Assembly: GCA_001778235.1 (NCBI GenBank) | Contig: MFGJ01000007.1 | Location: 264,331-328,330, forward strand | Direction of reading: 5' to 3' | DNA from: Candidatus Falkowbacteria bacterium RIFOXYC2_FULL_36_12 | GTDB lineage: Bacteria > Patescibacteriota > Patescibacteriia > UBA11705 | Length of the DNA: 64,000 bases | Shown: in pieces, positions 28,527-39,222 of the stretch | Layout of the letters: every line of letters starts with the position of its first letter | Position numbering within the stretch: the first letter of the stretch is position 1 | Position numbers and translations under genes: made by a program | The notes under the pieces: generated by a model | Databases searched by the model: none | The model's input: the letters and a program-made list of their open reading frames with translations, nothing else | What the model was told of the DNA's origin: nothing

Positions 28527-29654
28527 TTGACATTTTGCTGTATTAATTTAAAATTAAATAATATGAATACTGACATAAAATACTGGCTTGCCTTTAATCA
28601 GGTCAAACATCTGGGGCCGATCAATTTCCACAAGATAATTCGTGGATTTCCTGATCTTGAAACTGCATGGAAACTTGGTCAAAGGCAAGATTTTCTTGAT
28701 GTTGGGTTAAATGAAAAACAGATTGAGGAAATAATACAAGCAAAAAGGCAGATTTCGCCCAATGACCTTGAAGAAAGGCTTTACAAAGAAGAAATCAAGG
28801 TTGTAACCGTACTTGATAATGATTATCCGATTTTACTCAAAGAAATCTATGGCTGTCCCCCGCTGATTTATTACAAGGGAATGATTGAACAATTATCAGG
28901 GCCAACGATTGCAATTGTCGGTACCAGAAGAATGAGCTCATACGGGAAACTAATGACTGAAAAAATAGCTAGGGAATTGGTAGAAAATCAAATTTGTATT
29001 GTCAGTGGATTAGCTGTCGGTGTTGATGCAATTGCACATATTACAAGTCTAAATTTTAATGGGATAACGGCTGCGGTTCTCGGCTCCGGACTAAGCTCGT
29101 ACAATATCTATCCGAGTATAAATCGTAAGTTGGCTCACAACATTCTTGAAAAAAATGGTGTTTTAATTTCAGAATATCCGCCGGAAATGCTACCGCTCAA
29201 ACATAATTTTCCTTTGCGCAACAGAATAATCGCAGGTCTAAGTCTAGCGACAATTGTGGTAGAGGCTGGTGAGAGTTCGGGAGCTTTAATTACGGCAAAA
29301 TATGCCCTGGAATTTAATCGTGAAATATTCGCTGTACCGGGGAATGCAAATAGCCTGACTTCAGCTGGACCAAATAATTTAATAAAACAAGGTGCAAACC
29401 TGATTACCTCGGCAGAAGATATTTTTCTCAATCTAAATTTGCAATACACTACAAATCGACGAGAAAAAATTTCAGCTGATTCTCCCATACAGCAGATTAT
29501 CCTTGACCAACTAAGTTTTGAGCCAATTCATATAAATAACCTGCAAAAACAGACCAACTTATCGGCTGCAGAATTAAATGCCAGCTTGACAATCATGGAA
29601 CTCCAAGGTAAAGTTAGGAATCTTGGGAATATGCATTATACAAAAAATATATGA
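28527..29654 (+). CDS. dprA: DNA processing protein DprA
   Basis: VGTRRMSSYG...SGLAVGVDAIAH Rossmann-like DprA core. The likely start is the Met at 28563. Confidence 0.85.
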   Translation: MTFCCINLKLNNMNTDIKYWLAFNQVKHLGPINFHKIIRGFPDLETAWKLGQRQDFLDVGLNEKQIEEIIQAKRQISPNDLEERLYKEEIKVVTVLDNDYPILLKEIYGCPPLIYYKGMIEQLSGPTIAIVGTRRMSSYGKLMTEKIARELVENQICIVSGLAVGVDAIAHITSLNFNGITAAVLGSGLSSYNIYPSINRKLAHNILEKNGVLISEYPPEMLPLKHNFPLRNRIIAGLSLATIVVEAGESSGALITAKYALEFNREIFAVPGNANSLTSAGPNNLIKQGANLITSAEDIFLNLNLQYTTNRREKISADSPIQQIILDQLSFEPIHINNLQKQTNLSAAELNASLTIMELQGKVRNLGNMHYTKNI

Positions 29655-30916
29655 ACACAATACTTTTCAAAAAATACAAACAAGCTGAACAATTTATTGA
29701 GTCAATACAAAATCTAACTCCAGAAAATTTCTTCACTGGCAAAGTTGATCAAGACTTTTTATTCAAAAGAGCTAAGTATCTATTAGCTTTGGCGGGAAAC
29801 CCAGATAAAGCATATAAAATTATTCATATTGCAGGGACCAGTGGCAAAGGTTCAACGGTGAATTATATTTCTAAAATCTTACAAAAAGCTGGCTACAAAG
29901 TCGGAACTCATTATTCCCCCTTTGTTTCAGTTGCAACGGAAAAAATTCAAATCAACCAAATATTTATATCAATGAAAGAATTTGTTGATTTGGTTGAAGA
30001 AATGAAACCAATAATAAACAAATGTTATGAAAAAATTGGAATACCCAGTTATTTTGAAGTTTGGATGATAATGACTCTGCTGTATTTCAATAAAAAGAAA
30101 GTTGACTATGTTATTCTCGAGACAGGTTGTGGTGGAAGGTATGATGCCTCAAACGCAGTTAGCAAAACCGCTCTTTCTATTATTACAAATATTGGTCTCG
30201 ATCATACATTTATCTTGGGAGATACCATTGAAAAAATTGCTTGGCAAAAGGCTGGTATCATCCGATCAAGAGGCAAAGTTTTAACCGGCGCGGAGCAGCA
30301 AAGTGTATTAAATATTTTCAAAAAAATATGCAAAGAAAAGAATGCTAAACTGGAGATTATAAGATCTGAAGATATGAATAAAGCTTTGGCGCTTCGAGTT
30401 GGAGAAATATTGAAAATTGATGATCTAATTATCCAAAAAGCCTTGGCTGAAGAAACTTCTGTTCCAGCCAGATTTGAAATTGTGCAAAATAATCCACTAA
30501 TTATCTTTGATGGTGCTCATAACCCAGATAAAATAAAATATTTAAGTGAAAAATTAAAAACTTTAAAGACTAAGTCAAAAATAGGAAAAACTTATCTAAT
30601 TTGCGCATTGGCAGATAAAAAAAATCCAAAAGATGTTTTTCAAGCCATAAAACCACTAGCTGATAATATTTATATCACAAAATTTAGTAATCCTTTCAGA
30701 AAAAGCTGTGATTTATTGGAATTGAAGCAAGCATTCAAGGGAAAAGCAACAACAATCTTTCTTGATCCGCAGGATGCACTAAAACAAGCGCGGAAGTTAG
30801 CTAAAACAAATGATTTGATTTTAATCACCGGTTCTTTTTTCCTATGTTCAGATCTACGAAAAAACTGGATTAGTGAAGAAAAGCAACTGGAACAAAAAAC
30901 TAATTTTCCTAAATAA
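29651..30916 (+). CDS. folC: Mur-ligase family protein, folylpolyglutamate synthase-like
   Basis: HIAGTSGKGST P-loop. Mur ligase middle and C-terminal domains. A 4-nt ATGA overlap with dprA. Confidence 0.65.
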   Translation: MNTILFKKYKQAEQFIESIQNLTPENFFTGKVDQDFLFKRAKYLLALAGNPDKAYKIIHIAGTSGKGSTVNYISKILQKAGYKVGTHYSPFVSVATEKIQINQIFISMKEFVDLVEEMKPIINKCYEKIGIPSYFEVWMIMTLLYFNKKKVDYVILETGCGGRYDASNAVSKTALSIITNIGLDHTFILGDTIEKIAWQKAGIIRSRGKVLTGAEQQSVLNIFKKICKEKNAKLEIIRSEDMNKALALRVGEILKIDDLIIQKALAEETSVPARFEIVQNNPLIIFDGAHNPDKIKYLSEKLKTLKTKSKIGKTYLICALADKKNPKDVFQAIKPLADNIYITKFSNPFRKSCDLLELKQAFKGKATTIFLDPQDALKQARKLAKTNDLILITGSFFLCSDLRKNWISEEKQLEQKTNFPK

Positions 30917-31312
30917 ATTTTTCATTAAAAAAACACTGATGATTTAATCGGTGTTTTATAATTATTTTGTGCAAGGCATGAAGATCAACTAATGCCTAGC
31001 CCAGAAAAAACACCAAGAGTCGGTGCAAGATAGCTGAAGCCTATTGGCACTGGGCTATTTTCAGTATTAATGCATAATAAAAATCTTCAACACTCTGACT
31101 TTGTTTTGTCAACAGTCTAAACTTTTATGTGTTATAATGAATTTGACATGTTTGCATGGTTCTGATAGTTTTAGTATTTGTAAAGAAAAAAATATTGATG
31201 CTGGTCAAAGATTACTAAATTTCTGAAGGAATATTCTGAATTATAAAAAAACATTTGAGCTGTGATTCAGGAGAAAATTTAGCTTTATATCATATCTATT
31301 AATTACTTCATT

Positions 31313-33514
31313 ATGAAAAACTTAGTTATAGTAGAGTCACCGACAAAAGCAAAAACCATTACTAAATTTTTGGGCAAAGACTACAAAGTCGAGTCCTCTT
31401 ATGGTCATGTACGCGACTTGCCACCGAAAGACCTTGGCATTGATGTAGAAAATAATTTCAAACCAAAATATCAAGTTATTGAAAAAGCCAAAAAGCAAGT
31501 CAGCAAATTAAAAGAATTAGCCAGTAAAGCGGATAATATTATTCTAGCGACTGATGAAGATCGAGAAGGAGAAGCGATTTCTTGGCATTTAAAATATCTG
31601 CTAAAACCAAAAAAATACCAGCGAATTACTTTTCATGAAATTACCAAGAAAGCAATTGAAGACGCACTTGAACATCCTCGAGACATTGATGAAAACTTGG
31701 TTGATGCTCAACAAGCTCGTCGAGTACTTGATCGGCTGGTTGGTTTCAAATTATCACCATTTCTCTGGAATAAAGTGGCTCGAGGCCTATCAGCGGGGAG
31801 AGTCCAATCTGTGGCTGTACGATTAATCGTTGAAAGAGAAAGAGAGCGAGAAGCCTTTAAGATGGATGAATATTGGACAATCGAAGGAATTTTTGACAAG
31901 GCCAAACAAGAATTCCCAGGCAGACTCAATGCGATTGACAATAAAACATTAAAAAAATTAGCAATAAAAAATAAAGAGTCAGCTGATAAAATTCTGGCTG
32001 AACTCAAAGATAAAAATTTTAAAATATCAAAAGTTGAAAAAAAGGAAACCTTGAAAAATCCACCAACACCTTTTACCACCTCTACCCTACAACAAGCAGC
32101 CAATAATAAGTTGAACATGTCTGCCAAACAGACAATGATGCTGGCTCAACAATTGTACGAAGGAATGAAACTTGGTTCTGACTCTGTTGGTCTGATTACC
32201 TACATGAGAACTGACTCCCAAAATTTGTCAGAAATGTTTTTGGAAGCGACTCATGATTATTTGAAAAATACTTTAGGCAAAGAATATGTGCCAGCAAAAC
32301 CAAAAAAATATAAATCAAAATCAAAGGGTGCGCAAGAAGCACATGAAGCAATCAGACCGACTGACCCGACTCGCACACCAGAATCAATAAAAAGTCATCT
32401 AGATGAAAAACAATACAAACTTTATAATTTGATTTGGTCAAGAACATTGGCAACACAGATGACTCCAGCCAAACTGGATGCAACTGTGGTAGATATTAAT
32501 GACGAGACTGATAAATATACTTTTCGCGCAAATGGTCAGACAATTAAATTTGATGGGTTCCTGAAAATTTATAAAGAAATAACTAAAGAGTCTATACTAC
32601 CTGAATTGAACGAGAAAGACTCTGTTCATGGTAAAAATATTAAGGGTGATCAGCACTTCACACAACCTCCAGCAAGATATACTGAAGCGACCTTGGTAAA
32701 AGCCCTTGAAGAATATGGTATTGGTCGACCTTCAACCTATGCACCGACAATTGCCACAGTACAAGATAGAAATTATGTGGAGAAAGAAGGAAAAGCACTG
32801 AAACCAACAGAAATGGGAACCTTGGTAAATGATATTTTGGTGGAACATTTTGCTGATATTGTTGATTATGATTTTACAGCGGATATTGAAAAGAAATTTG
32901 ATTTGATTGAAGAAGGTAAACAGGAATGGCAACCAATTATAAAGGCTTTTTATGGTCCGTTTGCGAAAAATTTAAAAGAAAAAACCAAAGATCTGACCAA
33001 GAAAGAATTAACAGAAGAAACAACGGATGAAAAATGTGATAAATGCGGATCTGCCATGGTAATCAAAACTGGTAGATATGGTAAATTCATGGCTTGCTCA
33101 AACTATCCTGATTGTAAGAATACTAAAAATATTAACGAGGAAACTGGTGAAGCAGAAGACAAACCTGAACTAAAAAAACTTGATGAAAAATGTCCGGAGT
33201 GCGGAGAAGCATTGGTAGAAAGAGTTGGCAGATTTGGACCTTTTATTGGTTGTTCAAACTATCCTGATTGTAAATACATAAAAAAACAACAACAAGGAAC
33301 TGGTGTAAAATGTCCAAAGTGTGAAAAAGGTGAAATTGTCACCAAGAGAACTAGAGGCGGGAAAATATTTTTTGCTTGTAATAAATATCCAAAATGCGAT
33401 TACGCGCTATGGCAAAAACCAACTGGAGAAAAATGTGAAAAATGCGGATCACTGATTATTGAAACACCAAAAGGAGAAAAAAAATGCTCAAACCTAGAAT
33501 GTCATCACAAATAA
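31313..33514 (+). CDS. topA: DNA topoisomerase I
   Basis: TOPRIM N-terminus (MKNLVIVESPTKAK..., DEDREGE). A C-terminal array of four C4 Zn ribbons (CDKCGS..CSNYPDC, etc.). Confidence 0.9.
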   Translation: MKNLVIVESPTKAKTITKFLGKDYKVESSYGHVRDLPPKDLGIDVENNFKPKYQVIEKAKKQVSKLKELASKADNIILATDEDREGEAISWHLKYLLKPKKYQRITFHEITKKAIEDALEHPRDIDENLVDAQQARRVLDRLVGFKLSPFLWNKVARGLSAGRVQSVAVRLIVEREREREAFKMDEYWTIEGIFDKAKQEFPGRLNAIDNKTLKKLAIKNKESADKILAELKDKNFKISKVEKKETLKNPPTPFTTSTLQQAANNKLNMSAKQTMMLAQQLYEGMKLGSDSVGLITYMRTDSQNLSEMFLEATHDYLKNTLGKEYVPAKPKKYKSKSKGAQEAHEAIRPTDPTRTPESIKSHLDEKQYKLYNLIWSRTLATQMTPAKLDATVVDINDETDKYTFRANGQTIKFDGFLKIYKEITKESILPELNEKDSVHGKNIKGDQHFTQPPARYTEATLVKALEEYGIGRPSTYAPTIATVQDRNYVEKEGKALKPTEMGTLVNDILVEHFADIVDYDFTADIEKKFDLIEEGKQEWQPIIKAFYGPFAKNLKEKTKDLTKKELTEETTDEKCDKCGSAMVIKTGRYGKFMACSNYPDCKNTKNINEETGEAEDKPELKKLDEKCPECGEALVERVGRFGPFIGCSNYPDCKYIKKQQQGTGVKCPKCEKGEIVTKRTRGGKIFFACNKYPKCDYALWQKPTGEKCEKCGSLIIETPKGEKKCSNLECHHK

Positions 33515-33520
33515 TATTAA

Positions 33521-33552
33521 TATAAAAAAGGAACCTTCAAAGGTTTCTTTTT
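33521..33552 (+). terminator. intrinsic terminator after topA
   Basis: ggaaccttcaaaggtttc hairpin followed by tttttt. Confidence 0.5.
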
Positions 33553-33861
33553 TAGTGCAGGAGTCAGGATTTTAACCCCGATTAAAGTTGATGATAGGGT
33601 ATCACTGAACCCCTGCAATTATAATTATAACTAATATTGTTGGTTAAACAAAATTTATTGCCCTTTTTTCAAAAAAACAAAAAGTCCTCGGAACAATCCA
33701 AGAACTTTTCGTAGATCGGGATATCCCCTATCATCAACATCAATATAATAGCAAAGTTTAGATGATTTGTCAAGACTTAAAGCTGAAATGGCGTTGCCTT
33801 GATAAAAACTGGATTTTTTGTCATAATACAATATAATATAAATATAAAGATAAAAGAGGAT

Positions 33862-35505
33862 ATGCAAACTAGGTTTGAAAAAATTTTGCAAAATCTTGAA
33901 AAAAACTCCATTAAATCAACACCTGAAATACTTCAGAGAGCTTTTAATTTTTTACAAAGCCAGGAACCTACAATGTCTGAACAGGAGAAACAAGAGTTGA
34001 TACTAAAACCACTGGATGTGGCTCATAACTACTCGCTCCAGGCAATTACGCCTGAACTTGTAGCGGTCTTCATGCTGGCTCCAATTTCAAGAAAAAATCA
34101 GCAAATAGAACAAGAAATCAATAAACTTTTTGATAAGAAATTTACTCAAATACTAAAAGCTTATAATTTGGCTGAAACAAATCTAAAAACAAAGATTGAC
34201 GATCGTTGCTCTTTTGCACATACGCTGAATACCACATTGCAGATTGATCCGCTAAATCTCGGCTATGAAGTTATTTGCGCATCATTATTAAAACATGTAC
34301 CAGAATTTTCCAATATAACCATAGATGAAATCAAAAATGAGTTCGGCGATGATATTGCGGAAATTATTATCAATGTAAATAAGTTAAAATCTCTAAGGTC
34401 ATTGCCTCACAAAGCAAATACAATTGATTTGCAACAGATGTTTCTGTCTTTATCAAAAGATATTAGAGTCATATTGATAAAAATGTGCTCATTGATTGAT
34501 ATGTTAATAAATCTGCATGAGATAAAGGAATCACACAGAACAAGAATAGCAACAGAAGCAATGCATATCTACGCACCAATCGCTGATATCCTAGGTATCT
34601 GGCGGATAAAATGGCAACTGGAAGATTATTCTTTTAAACATTTAAATCCAACTGAATATGATAAAATCAGCCAAAGGTTTAATGTGGATGAGAAAAAAAA
34701 TCGTGAAAAATATATTGAAAAAACAAAACAAGTAATTTTTAAAAAGGCGCAGGAACAAGGGATTGAATGTCAGCTTGATGGAAGATTTAAACACTTCTAT
34801 AGTATTTACAAAAAAATGAATAATTACCAGAAGGACTTTAATGAGGTTTATGATGTATTTGCACTAAGAGTAATTGTCAACAATATTGAAGACTGCTATC
34901 GAATGCTTGGTTTAATCCATCAAACATGGAAACCGAAATCTGAAAGAATAAAAGATTATATTGCTGCACCAAAAAAAAATAGCTATCAGAGTTTACATAC
35001 TACGGTATATGGTATTAATGGTAGGATGACAGAATTTCAAATTAGAACAAAAGAGATGGATGACTCGGCTAAATTTGGAGTTGCCTCCCACTGGCTGTAT
35101 AAACACAATAATCCAAAACTACCAAAATGGGTCAATCACTTTTTATCTTATGCCAGCCAAAATCCACTTGAGCAAATAAATTCAGAATTCCTTTTTGATC
35201 AAATTTTTGTTTATACCCCCAAGAGAGACATTATTTCCTTACCAAAAGGTTCAAATGCAATTGATTTTGCCTACCACATACATACTGATCTTGGCCATAA
35301 ATTTAATGGCGTTAAGATAAATGGACAACTAGCAAATGAATGGCAAAAGTTAAAAAATGAAGATGTGGTTGAGATAATTACCAATCCAAAACAGTCTTTA
35401 CCAAAGGCTGAATGGCTAAAAATGGTTAAGAGTCCACTGGCAATCAAAGTTATAAAAACAGCACTTAATCAAGACGATGAACCAAAAAGACCAGCCTTGA
35501 TGTAA
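33862..35505 (+). CDS. RelA/SpoT homolog, short form: degenerate HD + synthetase + TGS (RelA-like)
   Basis: Synthetase block YDVFALRVIV...YQSLHTTVYG...EFQIRTKEMDDSAKFGVASHWLYK. TGS FVYTPKRDIISLPKGSNAIDFAYHIHTDLGHKF. The HD motif is absent from the N-terminal domain. There is no ACT/RRM C-terminus. The track ORF begins at 33799; RBS agagga precedes the Met at 33862. Confidence 0.7.
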   Translation: MQTRFEKILQNLEKNSIKSTPEILQRAFNFLQSQEPTMSEQEKQELILKPLDVAHNYSLQAITPELVAVFMLAPISRKNQQIEQEINKLFDKKFTQILKAYNLAETNLKTKIDDRCSFAHTLNTTLQIDPLNLGYEVICASLLKHVPEFSNITIDEIKNEFGDDIAEIIINVNKLKSLRSLPHKANTIDLQQMFLSLSKDIRVILIKMCSLIDMLINLHEIKESHRTRIATEAMHIYAPIADILGIWRIKWQLEDYSFKHLNPTEYDKISQRFNVDEKKNREKYIEKTKQVIFKKAQEQGIECQLDGRFKHFYSIYKKMNNYQKDFNEVYDVFALRVIVNNIEDCYRMLGLIHQTWKPKSERIKDYIAAPKKNSYQSLHTTVYGINGRMTEFQIRTKEMDDSAKFGVASHWLYKHNNPKLPKWVNHFLSYASQNPLEQINSEFLFDQIFVYTPKRDIISLPKGSNAIDFAYHIHTDLGHKFNGVKINGQLANEWQKLKNEDVVEIITNPKQSLPKAEWLKMVKSPLAIKVIKTALNQDDEPKRPALM

Positions 35506-35541
35506 TAATTGTGTTATAATCAATATTATTGAGATAAAAAA

Positions 35542-37005
35542 ATGTCTATAAGAAAATTAATCTCAACAATTAAAAAATTTCATCCTGAAGCAGACACTTC
35601 TATGGTCGAGCTGGCTTATGATTTTGCGAAGACTGCTCATGCAGGACAAAAAAGAGCAACAGGAAATGAATATATAAATCATTCACTCGCCACAGCACAA
35701 ATATTGGCAGAACTAAAATTATCCCCAACAATTATTATTGCTGGACTGCTTCATGATGTTCCAGAAGATACAGAATATACACTGGAAGATGTGAAAAAAA
35801 ACTTTGGAGCTGAAGTTGCCAGTATTGTAAAAGGGATTACTAAACTTAGTAATATTAAATATCGTGGCATGGATCGCTATGTTGAGAATCTGCGTAAAAT
35901 GTTTGTGGCCATGGCCGAAGATATCAGAGTCATAATCGTAAAATTTGCTGATAGACTTCACAACTTAAATACTCTTTATGCTCTACCAGCCAACAAACAA
36001 AAAAGAATTGCCATGGAATCTCTGGAAATCTATGTCCCGATTGCAAATAGACTTGGTATTGGAGAACTGCAGTCAAGACTTGAAGACAATGCTTTTAAAT
36101 ATGCCTATCCTGATGAGTTCATGTGGGTTGAGCAATTGATAAAAAAGCAGGTGCCAATAAAAACGAAAACTCTGAACCAGATGAAAACAAAATTATCAAA
36201 TGAACTGAAAAAAGAAAGCATAAATTTTGAGGAAATTTATGGTAGGAATAAACATTATTATAGTTTGTTCCGAAAACTTTTGAGATTTAATCGTGATATC
36301 AGTAAAATTTATGACATAGTGGCAATCAGAGTAATTGTGAAAAATATTGCTGATTGTTATGCTGTACTTGGAGTGGTCCATAATCTATGGAAACCAGTAA
36401 AAGGACGAATAAAAGATTATATTGCCCAGCCAAAACCAAATGGTTATCAGTCTTTGCACACAACTGTTTTCGGTGATAACAAAGAAATTGTTGAATTTCA
36501 AATTCGTACCAAGAAAATGCATGAACAAGCAGAGTTTGGTATTGCTGCACACTGGGAATATAAAGAAGGTAAAAATGGACCAGAAAAAATAAAAAAAGAA
36601 GTTGCCTGGGTGCAAGATCTAGCAAAATGGTTAAAAGAAGTTCGAGACAATGAAAGTTTTCTCGAAGGAGCAAAAATTGATGTTTTCCAAAATAGAATTT
36701 TTGTTTTTACTCCCCAGGGTGAAGTCATTGACCTACCAGATGGAGCAACTCCAGTAGATTTTGCTTATCATATTCATACAGACCTTGGCAACAAATGTGA
36801 ACGAGCATATATTAATGACCAACAAATAAGTCTGGATACGAGATTGAAAAACGGCGATGTGGTCCAGATTGTAACGGCTAAAAAACGCAAGGGGCCAAAC
36901 CCTGAATGGCTAAAATTTGTTAAGACTAGAACTGCGCGCCAACATATTATGAATTTTCGCAATAAAAGTTGGAGAAATATTATTTCAAAATTTTCAAAAA
37001 AATAA
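35542..37005 (+). CDS. RelA/SpoT homolog, short form: intact HD hydrolase + synthetase + TGS (SpoT-like)
   Basis: HD: HSLATAQILAEL...GLLHDVPEDT. Synthetase: YDIVAIRVIV...YQSLHTTVFG...EFQIRTKKMHEQAEFGIAAHWEYKEG. TGS: FVFTPQGEVIDLPDGATPVDFAYHIHTDLGNKC. 487 aa with no ACT domain. Confidence 0.75.
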   Translation: MSIRKLISTIKKFHPEADTSMVELAYDFAKTAHAGQKRATGNEYINHSLATAQILAELKLSPTIIIAGLLHDVPEDTEYTLEDVKKNFGAEVASIVKGITKLSNIKYRGMDRYVENLRKMFVAMAEDIRVIIVKFADRLHNLNTLYALPANKQKRIAMESLEIYVPIANRLGIGELQSRLEDNAFKYAYPDEFMWVEQLIKKQVPIKTKTLNQMKTKLSNELKKESINFEEIYGRNKHYYSLFRKLLRFNRDISKIYDIVAIRVIVKNIADCYAVLGVVHNLWKPVKGRIKDYIAQPKPNGYQSLHTTVFGDNKEIVEFQIRTKKMHEQAEFGIAAHWEYKEGKNGPEKIKKEVAWVQDLAKWLKEVRDNESFLEGAKIDVFQNRIFVFTPQGEVIDLPDGATPVDFAYHIHTDLGNKCERAYINDQQISLDTRLKNGDVVQIVTAKKRKGPNPEWLKFVKTRTARQHIMNFRNKSWRNIISKFSKK

Positions 37006-37077
37006 ATACAATCTTAATTCAAATTATTGATTATACTGATTTCTGATATAATATTAGTAGATTAGTAGTAATTTGTA

Positions 37078-37881
37078 ATGTGTAATCTTATGAAAAAAGT
37101 TTTTTTGGCATTGATAGTATTGTTGTCTTTAATTATTGCGCCGAGTCAAGTACTAGCAGTCAGTGCAGGAAACGCCTGTACCGGCGGACCTGGGAATGGA
37201 AATTGTGATGCAGGTTTATTTTGTGGAGTACTGAATGAATGTGAACCAAAAATAATTACCGGCGGAAGCTTAAATTGTTTTGAAAATTTTGAATGCCAAT
37301 CAAATAACTGCAATCCGGAGTCTAATGAATGTGAAGCCGCTACAACACCAACTCCAACTGATGTCTGTACTGCTGACACGGATTGTCCAAGTAATAAATA
37401 TTGTCTGATCGCTGGAGACGGGACAACATCCTGCGTAAATAAATTAGCCAATGGTGCGACTGGTTGCTTTCGAAATAGTAATTGTGTGTCAAACAATTGC
37501 GATCTTGCAACTGCAACTTGCCAAGCGGCAACAGGTGCTCCCACTCCACCCGTTGGATCAACTACACCGCTGGGGGCAGAGACAACGCCAGCGATCGAAG
37601 CAGAAACTGAAACTGAAACAACTAGACTGGTGAATCCGCTTGGGACTGATTCTCTACAAGTGATTATTGGTCGAGTAATTAGATTTTTCATTGGAATTGC
37701 TGGGACTACTGCTTTGGCGGTTTTGGTCTATGGTGGTATTATTTTATTAATCTCTGGCGGTCGAGATACTTATATAAAAAAAGGTAGAAATGCAGTAATT
37801 TACTCGGTTTTGGGCTTAGCAATTATTTTCTCAAGCTATATTTTAGTTAAATTTATTATTGCGGCCTTATCACAAGCATAA
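37078..37881 (+). CDS. secreted Cys-rich protein with a C-terminal pilin-like (VirB2/TrbC-type) hairpin
   Basis: A signal peptide, then 4 Cys-rich modules (C..C......C, e.g. CFENFECQSNNCNPESNECE). The C-terminus IGRVIRFFIGIAGTTALAVLVYGGIILLISGGRDTYIKKGRNAVIYSVLGLAIIFSSYILVKFIIAAL matches the N-terminal module of the 2669-aa and 682-aa proteins. Confidence 0.6.
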   Translation: MCNLMKKVFLALIVLLSLIIAPSQVLAVSAGNACTGGPGNGNCDAGLFCGVLNECEPKIITGGSLNCFENFECQSNNCNPESNECEAATTPTPTDVCTADTDCPSNKYCLIAGDGTTSCVNKLANGATGCFRNSNCVSNNCDLATATCQAATGAPTPPVGSTTPLGAETTPAIEAETETETTRLVNPLGTDSLQVIIGRVIRFFIGIAGTTALAVLVYGGIILLISGGRDTYIKKGRNAVIYSVLGLAIIFSSYILVKFIIAALSQA

Positions 37882-38023
37882 TTTAGAATAGCCCAAGATT
37901 AAAATCTTACCCTATTGACTTTTTTCGTAGTTTATGGTAAGATTTTTTATTAAGAACCTTGAAAACCAGAAAAAACAACACCCATGAAGTTAACGAGTTG
38001 AACTTCAGGGAAGAGGAGGCTCC

Positions 38024-39217
38024 ATGCTATTTTGGGGTATTGTAGGAACACTTCTATGCCTGGCAATCTTAATAACATATTTTTCTTCAGTCAGAGTAGA
38101 GAAACCAAATATTTCCTTGGTAATGCACCTAGGAAAATTGAGTAGAATCATGCGTGAAGGCTGGAACTTTTATATTCCATATATTCAAAGACTAATCAAT
38201 GAAAGCACAGAAATTCACACCTTGGAAAACATTACCCAGGAATTACAGACGAAAAAAGATATCAAAGTTGTTCCTCTGTATAGCTTGGTCTGGCAAATTG
38301 AATTGTTGCCTGAAACAGAAATTTATGAAGTTAAAATTAAAAAGCGTAATGGCAGATATGTTACCAAATCTCTCACAGGTAAAGAGATGAATCTGCGAAG
38401 AATGAATAAATTCCTGGAAACTGTAAAAATCAATCCAGATGGCACAATTGATTATTCAAAAATTGACCAAGAGGCTACTGAAATCTCCTTGTCTTTGTTT
38501 GGCCAAGTACTTAGATCTTTTGAATGGTCTGTAATCAGAGAATATAAGGAAATGATTACCCGACTGTTTATCGCACAGGTACTGAAGCTAATGAATGAAG
38601 AAAACAATGCTGATGAACTGGTCAATGGCGATGAAAAAAGATTGGCTGAATTACTAAAAATCGCTCTAATGCCAAGACTTTCACTGGCGGAAAAACAAGT
38701 GTTGATCACCCTAGAAAACGATCAATCAAAATCAGTGTCAGATGTTATTGTTTATTTGGATCAGATTTATGAACAAAGAGTCCCGACTGAAGAACGATCA
38801 ATGGAAATTGAGATTTTCCGAAAGATTAAAATCACTGCCAGTATGCTTGAAGCCAATACTTCTCTAACTGAAATCGCTGGTGTACGAGTAGTCAGAATTA
38901 ACATGAGAGACCTTGATCCAGCCAAAGAAGTACTTGATCAGATTAATGCTACGGTTGTGGCTGAAGAAGCGGTCAAGGCGGCTGAACAAGAAGGTAAAGC
39001 ACTTGCAAAAAGAGCAGCTGGTCAAGCAAATGCGACACGAATCATTGCTGCGGCCGAAGCTGAAGCGATTGAAGTTCGTGGACGGGCGGCGGCTGCGGCC
39101 AGAGCGGCTGATCTTGAAGCACTAACAAATGCTGGTGTATCGCCTACTGGTAAAACAATTGTTCAAGCTGCGGCTGAATTTGCGAAAGCACTTGCAAACA
39201 AAGGTAATAAAGGCTGA
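38024..39217 (+). CDS. SPFH/band-7 (flotillin-like) membrane protein
   Basis: N-terminal TM plus an SPFH-like block (VRVEKPNISLVMHLGKLSRIMREGWNFYIPYIQRL). The C-terminal Ala/Glu-rich coiled coil (AEAEAIEVRGRAAAAARAADLEAL) is typical of flotillins. Confidence 0.45.
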   Translation: MLFWGIVGTLLCLAILITYFSSVRVEKPNISLVMHLGKLSRIMREGWNFYIPYIQRLINESTEIHTLENITQELQTKKDIKVVPLYSLVWQIELLPETEIYEVKIKKRNGRYVTKSLTGKEMNLRRMNKFLETVKINPDGTIDYSKIDQEATEISLSLFGQVLRSFEWSVIREYKEMITRLFIAQVLKLMNEENNADELVNGDEKRLAELLKIALMPRLSLAEKQVLITLENDQSKSVSDVIVYLDQIYEQRVPTEERSMEIEIFRKIKITASMLEANTSLTEIAGVRVVRINMRDLDPAKEVLDQINATVVAEEAVKAAEQEGKALAKRAAGQANATRIIAAAEAEAIEVRGRAAAAARAADLEALTNAGVSPTGKTIVQAAAEFAKALANKGNKG

Positions 39218-39222
39218 AAACA

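Noticed and set aside
33655-33891. Track ORF 33655..33891(-), 78 aa, upstream of the first RSH gene.
   Set aside because: It is AT-rich low-complexity (YLYIYIILYY) within the promoter and leader region and has no RBS.
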